This document shows, piece after piece, positions 53,641 through 64,000 of a DNA stretch of 64,000 nt. Below the pieces are notes generated by a model. The model saw only the letters and a list, made by a program, of their open reading frames with translations, ran no database searches and was not told the origin of the DNA. Position 1 is the stretch's first letter, and the number at the start of each line of letters is the position of its first letter. This DNA comes from Antedon mediterranea (Eukaryota > Animalia > Echinodermata), in NCBI RefSeq assembly GCF_964355755.1, contig NC_092680.1, positions 6,386,001-6,450,000 of the forward strand, read 5' to 3'. The position numbers and the translations under genes are program-made.

Positions 53641-55650
53641 ACATCATTAATTTGCAGATCTACAGATGTAACCAAACAATTGTAGTAAATGTGTTGATGA
53701 TTCATTATTCTTACAGACCAGGAAAGAATGAAAGGTGAGCTACTATTTATATGTAATATACCGTGAATCCGTGAATCCTTCACGAGGTTAAATGCTTCGA
53801 ATGTACGTATTATTTGTGATACTGAAAATAAATATGTTCCATTGTGTAGGCTGCTCGGGTGGTAGTCGGATATTTATAGGTTGGTAGGATTAAAGCCGGC
53901 TACTAGATAAAACAGTAACCATGGGTCAGTCAGGTTGTTTCAAAATAGGATTACAGTATACAAGATTGAGCATGACAATTTACTCGGGTTAGTTCACTGT
54001 CGAATACACTCCAAGGGAAAATGCAACATTTCAAAATGTATGACAACAATTTAATCGAACACAAATTCTGTAAAACCTCTGTAAAATTCTAATACTTATC
54101 CCAAATTTCTAGTAATAATCCCAAATTTAAATTTACATGAACACATCTATTCATTATGTCCAATATTAACTGATCAAACACTATATCAACATTGTTTGCA
54201 CCACTTAATACAAATGACCCATTAATGAACAGTCATTTTCATCATCACGAATATGCTAATTTTAGCATGATGAACGTTATTTGTTTAATAATATACAGTA
54301 CTTGAGTACAAAGCCAAAAAAGTATATGAAGTCTACTTCTTCATTTGTATTTTTTCACATTAAGAACGATCGCCTCCAAAAATACAGTAATTCTCAAGAA
54401 CAATCAGTAAATTGAAAAGCGGCCCTCTTACCTGTGTTTACCGGAAATTTTTTTTTTAAATAGGGAGGCACGAAAAAAAAAAACAGGTATATACAGTAGT
54501 TATTGTTTTGGAGTCTTTAGCGCACGATTTTAACCAATCGTAATGTCCTCCCAAGGTATAACTTTTACGTTAAACATGTCCTCTGTGCCGGAAGAGTTAA
54601 AATTCTTAGTATTGTTTTGTTCTGATGATGCTACTGTACAAACCGTAGGCACATCCTTGCTGAACGTCTTAGATAACTGTGCCTCAAGTCAAACAATGCG
54701 ATTAAGATAAAAGAGAAGCTTTGTAGAAGTTTAGAATAATAAGATGATTTATATTATCTGATTCAGTACAATGCCAGTTTGATAGCGTTTGAATTTAGTT
54801 ATTATTATGCATTAAAATTTCAACTCCATCAATTATCTATTTATCTGATATTATACGTTCGCTGGAAACTCAATCTTGACGCGCATGCGCACTGTCACAC
54901 TCGCTTATTCATAAAATAGTAAGAAGGGGTAAATTCTCGTTTCTATTTTGTTTAAATTGACAATGATTTTACGGTTTTAAAATCCTCAAAAACTAACATA
55001 AGGAGGCCTAATAATGTATTTTTACAAACCTTACTGAATTCTTGTTATTTGTTTATTGTACTCTTAATTACGTCATCGAGAGTGCGATTTCGCTACACGC
55101 GTACTAGAATTTCGCTTTGCGCGTTCATTTAAGTTACAAGTGCGACAGAGGCTGTGTTGTAGTGGGTTTTTTTTCACCTTTCATTGGCGTAGGCCTACAC
55201 CACCTTTATCTCATTTTGATTTTACGCTTATCTTTGATATTTACAATTTGCACATTAAATAATAGAAAATTGATATCTAATGTTGCTAATTAACGGCACT
55301 AAATTACGCAAAACGTCTGCCTCCCCAAGAAAAGGCGATCTGCAACAAATATTTTAATAAGAAGATAGCTAAAAAAGCATAAATCAAAATAGTGTTCTCT
55401 TGAGAAGGTTAGGCTAATTGAGATTTATGCAGTACGTACTTAAATTGAAATTAAATGGAATCACTTTCAATAATAAATGTTTATGACTTAATTGTTATTC
55501 ATAGAATGGATTATTTGTAGGATCAAAATCACACTTTAAAATCAGGAGAGAGCGCATAATTTTGAAATGGATTTTATTACTATAGATATCCAGAATTCGA
55601 AGCAAATGTTATTATGATATAGAAGACTAAATTCTTAACAGGTTTGTTCG

Positions 55651-56754
55651 GGGTGTCACGAAAGCTCAGACCACGAAAGCTCAGACCCCCTAAGACCTAA
55701 GATCACGAAAGCTAAGACCCAACACCTAAGATTACAAATATTTATCTTTCGCACCTGCCTTGTATTTTAACTCCCACCATTTATTCTGAATACCACACCT
55801 TAGAATTGGCACTTTCATGAAAAAGAATCACATAAAAAGTAACAAATACATTTTTAAATTGATGATTTTACAGACGTTTTTCTCGCACACAAAATGACTA
55901 GCCTACAGTACCAGTACAGTAGGCCTACCCCATGGGCCATGTTCAATGTTTTTGTTTCTATGGAACGTCAAAAGAGCAAAAATTATATAGAGGCCTGAAA
56001 ACTCTGTGGAGTCCATCTACAGTGTGGATGGAACAATGTAAAATTAAAATTGTAATGATAATAGTATAATCATGCAAGTACGAAGAAATAAATACTGGCA
56101 AATAAATTTTAATTTAAAAATCATGATAAGTTTTTTTGTTTCGTTTTCTTTCTGTTTTTATACTTGTACTATTATTGTTGCTCTTTTGGCGCTCCATAGA
56201 AACAAAAACATTGAGCATGGGGAGCTCGAGGAGTTACATTGTCATTACAGCAGTATACAAAGAAACACATCTGTAAAATCATCAATTTAAAGGATTTATT
56301 TATTTGTTATTATGTGTTTCTCCTTCTGAAAGTACTTATAAGTCCTAATTTTAAAGTGTGTTGTTCAGGATAAAGTTAGTCAACAAATTTGGAGTCAAAA
56401 TACAAGAAAGGCAGGTGCGTAAGAAAAACATCCTCTGAAGCAACACAATGGAGTAAATATATACCAACAAACAACCCGTCAAGTTTGTTTGTTGTATATA
56501 TATACATATATAAATATACATTTACTCAACGGGCGAAAATAATGTGAGTTTATCTATGTTTTGCGGTAGTATTAAATTATATTTATGGTAATAAATGAAA
56601 CCTACTGTGTTTAAAATTATGTATGGATAAACAAGTATTGTTTTTAAGCTGTAGTATATCTTAGTATTTGTAATCTTAGGTGTTGGGTCTTAGCTTTCGT
56701 GATCTTAGGTCTTAGGGGGTCTGAGCTTTCGTGGTCTGAGCTTTCGTGACACCC
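55651..56754. mobile_element. Mutator-like (MULE) foldback non-autonomous element
   Basis: Perfect 90-bp TIRs built of short subrepeats; 10-bp TSD GGTTTGTTCG at 55641-55650 and 56755-56764; more diverged internal inverted arms. Confidence 0.88.
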
Positions 56755-56979
56755 GGTTTGTTCGGGTGTATTATTATTCAATTTTAATAATGCCAACAGA
56801 AAATTGTAGACATTTCAGATGACGATACAGTCCAAATATGAAACCGGGAAAACTGGAGACATTTATATGTAAATTGATGTATACGATAGAGAATGAGGCA
56901 GTTTATGAGGCAGATCAATGTAATTTATCTAATAAGTATCACCAGGCAAATATTATTGTTTTTTGCGCCGCATAAAAAG

Positions 56980-57396
56980 GTTTATTTCCCACTACAACGC
57001 AACGCAACGTAACGCAGCGACATATCGACGCAAGGTGCTGTATTGCGTAAACAATTGAGAACCGACGACGCAACAGTGCTGCAAACATCGCAGGTTTGAT
57101 TTAACGCAGGCGGGGGAAAACACAATTATCGGAAGGGCATTTTCTTACGTTGCGTATGTTTTGTTTTGCTATTGGGGGAACGACGCTTTAACGCAAGAAC
57201 GCAAACGAAACCATGAGAATTGCACTTCATTCTCACAAATATTATCCGAACTGTCCCTTGCGATTGATTGTCCACCAGTACACAGCGCAACGACATAAAC
57301 GAAAGGCAAGTGATTTACAAATCCGACGCGATGGGTCATTTGCTTCAAGTTTACGCTGTACTTACATCTTTGCGTTGTGACTGTCCTAGTGGGAAA
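56980..57396. mobile_element. Degenerate family A MITE(s), probably two abutting
   Basis: 56980-57190 is a reverse-orientation homologue of 57768-57986; another right-end motif CTAGTGGGAA lies at ~57386. Confidence 0.6.
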
Positions 57397-57767
57397 GAGA
57401 AAAATGCGAAGTGAAAACAACACTACCGGTACTTAATGTAATAAACCATACGCTGTATCATACATAATTGAATATGAAAGACCTAATCGGTTGGGAGGCT
57501 GCTTAAATCGACTTACTGTATTCATTACTTACTTACACTGTAAAAATCGATAAATCGCCGTGAATTAGACGTTGTGAATATGTTATGTAGCGTTTACGGT
57601 ATTATGTTGTTACTGTGTAAACGTGCATTACTATGCCCAGAGTTGACTTGCCCTAAAGTTTTTATTTTTTTTTATTTTAACGTTATTATTATTAAGAGAG
57701 TATTCAGTGGTGCATATGAAGGAATAATAAGAAAGCCATACAGTATTTTTTTTCTATTGGAGCATTT

Positions 57768-58171
57768 AAGCTTGGTTCCCACTAGCGACGCAACGTAACG
57801 CAATCTACGCAACTTAAGAAAATGCCCTTCCAATCATTGCGTTTGCCCCCGCCTTCGTGAAATCAAACCTGCAATGTTTGCAGCACTATTGCATCGTCGG
57901 TTCCCACTTGTGATTACGCAATACAGCTCTTTGCGTTGATACATCGCTGCGTTACGTTGCGTTGCGTTCTAGTGGGAACCACGCTTAAAGCTTGGTTCTC
58001 ACCAGCGACGCAACGTAACGCAACCTACGCAACGTAAAAATATTCCTTCCAATAATTGTGTTTGTGTTGCAAATATTGTAGGTTCGATTTCACGTAGGCG
58101 GTGGAAAACGCAATGATTTTTCTTTATGTTGCCTAGATTGCGTTACGTTGCGTCGCTAGTGGGAACCAAGC
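57768..58171. mobile_element. Two abutting family A MITEs (57768-57986 and 57988-58171)
   Basis: Each is bounded by AAGCTTGGTTC.CAC.AGCGACGCAACG and CTAGTGGGAACCA.GC; joined at GCTTAAAGCTT. Confidence 0.85.
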
Positions 58172-58444
58172 ATTACTGTTTAAATTACGAGCCACTAGCA
58201 GCCGTTTTGAGGTATGATACGCCGTGTGTGTCAACATTTTCTTTTAACGTCATACTATTATGTATATTTTCGTTCCAATTTTGACTAAAAAATGCCGAGA
58301 ATATATCAAGACAAAAAGGTAACAATCATGTTCAGTGTGATCAAAGAAACTATGATTTAAAGAGGCACTCCCGAACTGATGGAATCTAGTTATCTGGATA
58401 TCATTTTTACCGAAATTAAAAGTCTAGACTATTTTACAGTTCTA

Positions 58445-58568
58445 AAGCTCTGTCTACACTATCAAAAAATGTGATGTGCCCATAATATGGACATGATGAT
58501 GTCATATCACTACCATATTTGCATATCACACTTTTTTGTCAAACTAGTTGATAGTGTAGACAGAGCTT
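58445..58568. mobile_element. MITE, family B
   Basis: AAGCTCTGTCTACACTATCAA ... TTGATAGTGTAGACAGAGCTT, TA flanks. Confidence 0.88.
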
Positions 58569-58803
58569 TAGCCTAGTATGCGTTAGGGATTATAGTTAGA
58601 CTGCTGCGTCGTTAAATAGATTGATTGGCTTTATTAAATATTCCACACAAAGTATTAAAACATGAATATGAAAGAGGTTCTAACGAGGTTCAAATCGTTA
58701 AAATCAGTGAGTGAAATCTAACATTAACAAGGTATAATTACAGGCTAAAGATGCTCATGGCACTACGTGTTTCGAACATGATGAAAAGGGCTGAAAGGTT
58801 GCA

Positions 58804-58990
58804 TTTTTTTTTTTTTTTTATTCAGTATATTACACAGAGGCGCCTTACAAGATGGAACCATCTTAGCTTCAAGGCGCCTCAGATTAACAAATACAACATT
58901 TTAAAACAACTAACAGAAACATCAATTAAATCTTCCAGAATTAACAAGAAATTGTTGTACATAATAAAATAATAAAGCATTTTCACAATT
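58804..58990 (-). mobile_element. LINE 3'-end remnant with poly(A)
   Basis: T-run plus TTTATT on the plus strand next to a stem-loop GAGGCGCCTT..AAGATGG-AA-CCATCTT..AAGGCGCCTC. Distal boundary uncertain. Confidence 0.5.
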
Positions 58991-61193
58991 CGAAAGAAGA
59001 TCTGAACCAAAAATAAAAATTTCACTTAAAAATGTAAAATTAAATGTTAAAGAAAAATCCTTGGCTAAGATATCCTCAATAATTGAGTTAGCGCTTACAA
59101 GTAGAATATCTCTTTGTGTATTATAATTAGTTTAGTTTGTTTTATTGTAGAAACAATTTCTCAAGATCAAGTGCAATATCTATCAATATTCCTTAAACCC
59201 ACTATAGATTTACGGCTTCAACTTAAATTGTTGAGCAAAGGTAATCTAATTGCAGAATGACCTATTCGCGTATATACATTGCTAACAGGCGAACATTTTT
59301 ACTATTTTTCTTGGTAGACTTTTTGTGAGTGATAGCCTTAATCAAAATTTACTGCATTTTTCACTTATAAATTGCCCATCCATCTTTATTTTGATAGTTT
59401 TTAACATGCTTATTTGATTTATTGTAGCAAATGCGTAATCCACATTAGCTACTGCGTTTTATACCCTAACGTCACAGAAAGAAAAGATGATACAATTATA
59501 ATCTATCTAGACAACTTGAACTTTATGTAAGCAATTTTAACAAACATTACTTTGACAGAATCAGGAAACATTCACTATATAGTACTGAAACTACCTATAC
59601 ACATTCTGAGTTAAATTCTAACAAGAAAGTAGTAGTTAAATTGTCTTTCGACTATTTCGAATACGAGCGATGTTAACATAACACGAGCGATGTCAACATA
59701 ACATATGTCCGTCCTGGCGTGCCATAAATATGCATTATACGGCCAAAGCAATGTAGGACAGTTGACATAAGTGCTGATTTAATATCGTGAAAGCATACCG
59801 AACTTTTAACAAATTACGTTATCGATTTATATAATTTACGGATTCGAACAAACTGTAAAAAGTGACTGACCACCAAATTAAGCATAAGGCCTAATAAATG
59901 TATTATACAGTAATGCTCTTTGAATTTAAAATTTATGTGTTTTAGTGGCCAGAGACTAATGTGTTTATGTACTTAAGTTTGTATCCTGTCACATGGTTGA
60001 CGATACACAATAAAGTCGTCTAAATTATACAATGTTTTGTAGAATTTATTTATCCCGTTCGCATACATTTTCTGACACGTTCAATCAATAATACTAAATG
60101 GGTTATACTACAAGCTAGAATTTGTAATCTCTTATTAAGTCGCTGTTCAATATGACTACTTTCTTGATCTACTACAGCATGTCGTGTAAATGCATTATTT
60201 TGTTGGTGTGTTTGATATACGCATGTCTTAGATATTTGAACAAAAGTAAAAACGCATGCATACATTCGCAGCTATGCGTGCAAGATAATAATTAGATATG
60301 ACATTGGATCCGTATACTTACGCTTTCTTTGGATATATAAAGTTAAATTGGATGGGGTTCAGAGTCCATACTGTTGTATGATTGTGTTGTAACTAGAATA
60401 AGGCACTGCTCATCGATATTCGATAGCCTGACGACAAGTGTATACATACTCAAACTTTGATAAAGTAACCAATAGCAATAGTTACATATTAAACCATCAG
60501 TGGTGATTCAATGTATCACACATTCACAACGTCTATGGCCACTTAGATTTTTGTACGGTATCCTAGCGATATAAAAATACGGCATTATCAAGTTGTATCA
60601 TTTTTTTTTTTTAAATTGAATATACAAATATGCATCAAACGTTATTGCTATGCTTCAAACTAAGCATATCAAGCTATGTTTAGAGTTTGAATGGCATGTC
60701 AACGCGTCTGTGACCGTTGGAGATCAATTTTACTGAAAAGAAAACCATTTTCTCATTTTGATGTTGAGTGTAGGTCGAATTGCAGACCGCGATTGCGTTG
60801 TAACTAAAATTTCTCTATGGAAAGGGTGTTTAAAACCAGTTGACGATGGAGACCGGAATCAACTGTGGTTTAAAAAATACATTAAGATCAGTTCCTTTTT
60901 TTTGTGGGTCTTCAAAAGGTTTTATTGACAAGATACCGTTCTTTGAAAATACGTTTTTAAACCCGTATCTTGCTCAATAAACACGAATCCTTAGCAACCA
61001 TTTCTTTCATCGTTACAATAATTATGTTTTTGTTAAAATGCAAACCATTAAAGTTGAATCGTGAGATTATGCTTAATTTATTTATAAACATAGTGCCACT
61101 ACTCAATCAATAAATTAAACAAATTAGACGTAATGTATTCTTATCTAAAGCATTTTGAGAACAGTACACTGAGAAGTTCCTTGTAACACAATA

Positions 61194-61352
61194 AAGCTCT
61201 GTATATGCCTACACTATCAAACTTAATGTGACAAAAAATGTGCCCATATATGGACATGATGATGTCATATCACTACCATATTTAAGCATATTACTACAAT
61301 ATTTTGGCACATCACACTTATTTTGTCAAGTTTGATAATTTAGACAGAGCTT
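61194..61352. mobile_element. MITE, family B
   Basis: AAGCTCTG..CTACACTATCAAACTT ... TAGACAGAGCTT with the family core. Confidence 0.8.
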
Positions 61353-64000
61353 AAAATAACAGTATCAAAGTAGGACGCCGCGCAAAGGGGTACGCGAGTA
61401 AGTAAGCGAAAGTAATTGACCAATCACTAGCAACAATTCGTTATGATCCCTTATGCAGATATACAGTGGATACATTTTGTTTACTTTAATTTAAAACTAA
61501 CAATTATTTTTGTAGAGTAATTTGGATAAAGTACAACCAGGGAAGAGTGAATTCCCTGGTACAACTAATATTGAAACATAGCATACTTAATTGAGTACTA
61601 GCATCTTTTTTGTTTCGTTGTTGTATTGTGATGCTTCACCACTCGTGCTATTTTACAGCGTTTAGCATGTTGTTGAACTTGATGGGTAATTAGACTTGGT
61701 TTAATAAAAATCTATTTATATGGATACATTAAATTATAATCAATCTGGCGGCGAAAGACGTCAATAAAAAGGTTAAAAGGATTGATAAGAATTTGAGTAA
61801 ACATTTGACAGTCACAACTAACTAAATACAAATGTCGTTTAGCAATAGAAAGTTAATGCAATAGTTTAGAGTTATTAATACTAGTCAAAATACGATAACA
61901 TTTTTAAAGATATATTATTGTCCCCCTGAATGTAAATGTCTTTTTATAAGTGAAATCTCAATTGTTGTTTTTTCCCTATGGTACGGTAAGTAAATAACAT
62001 TAAAACTACAAAATGGCTTATTCAAAGTCTAATTATATTTACTTTATTTTTCATGATTTTGGAGGACAATGCATCTTTAAACAAATTATTGTTATTATGG
62101 TAATGGAATTTCACTTTAGATATATGGTGATTCGATTAATCATTAAAATACTTTAAAATGTTGAATAAATCAGAGAAGAGTAAAATTGAATCTGCATGAT
62201 TGTAACATAATCAATTCCTATTTTTCCACGTTACATGACTTATACTAAGCAGTATTCTTCAATTCTATTAGGCCCTTGTTGAATATTGTAAGTTTTTACG
62301 TGTCGTATTAAATTGATACTAATTCTATCAGAAATGTGCATGTTTAAACGTCACATTTGATCTATCTGTCAATCTAAAAATCATCATTTTAATCTTAATT
62401 TTATTTTATCAGGGAATTGATTCAATTTGGTTTAAATGTCGATGGGTTTATAGATATTCTGCATTGCAATTCGACCTAACCCGTCACATTTTATCGGTCG
62501 CCAGATCCCAAAGGTCATTGTTTGTCTACAAAACGTTGGCCTAAAGTTTATGACTTTCGGTCTCTGCGGGTGAAATCAATTAATACAGGCGACGATTTTA
62601 CAGTGCATAGTCCGTTTGAATTTGGGGAAGGCTCTGCATCATAACAACTACGTTATGATATTAGATCTTCTCACAACAGTCACTTGTATGTTGGCAATAA
62701 TATTTCAATAAAGAAGCGACAATTGCAACTTCAATATTGGTCCCTCTACAGTAGGTTATCTTTGAATCTAATTTTTGTAGTACTGTATGCGAGTTCTGTT
62801 GTCAAATTTGAAAAATGGTTGATCTGCGTTTCAGGAGAATTCATAGGAGATTTTATAGACTCAATAAACGAATTGTATATTTCAAAGCCATTAGGCTGTA
62901 TAAATAAATTAGACTGTATTATTATTATTATTACATACGGTACTTGTTAAAAGGAACATTAACATGAATGATTAAACGATTTTGTAATTCACCTTACCCA
63001 GATATAATCTTGATTAATTTTAATAAAATCAAGATTGAATAACATTTTTTAAAAGGTTTTATTTCCCGTATGGTTAATTCATTTGGAAATCCATTTATTT
63101 AGTCTTTTAAATATAATTGTTTTACGTAAACATGATAGCCATATTGCTATAATTGATCAACCTATCTGGAATTGGAAATAATCACAAATTAATGATAACG
63201 ATTCAAATGATATGGAAATAATTATTACGTTTGCTAGAAAACAACATCTGTCGCATTTTGTGTATTTTTATAAACAAATAATAACATTGATCAAACTCCT
63301 AAAATAGTATTTTTGTATTTATGTGACAAGAAAATTATCTATAAAAAGTGTTAATTTGTGTTTCTTGACAACATTTAAATAATAAAGACTTTGATGGTGC
63401 TTTTGATTTTTTTTAATGTATCAAGCTTTATAATAGCCGAGTACTATATTACGTTTTTTGTTTTTTTTTTTTTTTTTCGAATCTCTATAATAATAGGACA
63501 TACTAAAAAATAAGGTAGGTTTTACCGTTTACAAATGCATTCATGTAATGTGTCTTGAATAAGAAATGAATGTTACATACTTCAATATTATGTCACAGTT
63601 TCCAGACATTTATCATATTAAAAAAAAATGCCGCTGACTAAAAACACGCAAATTTAATTTAGAACGTTAGAAATTTAATCCTGCACGTAATGCTTTAGGC
63701 CTAAAGTGAAGCTCCACCCAGAAAATTACTATTTTTCATACATTTTAACCATTATTTAAAAATATCATCCCTCATACTTCATATTTTTTGATTTTTTTTC
63801 TCGATAAGTACGATTTTCTTGAAAATCACGCCTTTTTGCGTTTTTTTTTGGGGGGGGGGGGGAATACCTTGTAATTTCCTATTCTTTTACATGCAATATA
63901 TGTATATATATATACAGTATATGTATATTTGAATAATCCTAAAAAAATTAATTTCTTCACTAAAAAAAATTAAAATGTATATTTATGTAATTTTTCCAGA

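Noticed and set aside
53717-53734. Plus-strand 18-nt micro-exon-like site (ttacag|ACCAGGAAAGAATGAAAG|gtgagc)
   Set aside because: No partner exons found; such sites occur by chance.

Overview
AT-rich eukaryotic (animal) genomic DNA, not prokaryotic. Introns, LINE/SINE/MITE content and a kisspeptin-type receptor suggest a marine invertebrate deuterostome such as an echinoderm (inference). Two spliced protein-coding genes can be rebuilt, both on the minus strand. (1) A 207-aa single-pass membrane protein I do not recognise (coding exons 8370-8295, 8018-7944, 6665-6193): signal peptide, short propeptide ending in a furin-type RQRR site, a very short Gly/Ser ectodomain, TM plus CCC, and a Pro/Tyr-rich tail. 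(2) A class A GPCR of kisspeptin-receptor (GPR54) type (exons 35958-35765, 28073-27938, 20498-19927); its N-terminal/TM1 exon was not found. The rest is intron/intergenic DNA with two RTE-type LINEs, a decayed L2/CR1-group LINE carrying two nested insertions, tRNA-derived SINEs, several MITE families, a MULE-like foldback element, a Helentron-like element, a 20-bp minisatellite and local duplications. The most unusual signals are tiny CA...TG inverted-repeat remnants with 7-bp target duplications (P-element-type excision footprints) and a strong excess of TAGGCCTA. All family calls are by eye; no database search was run.
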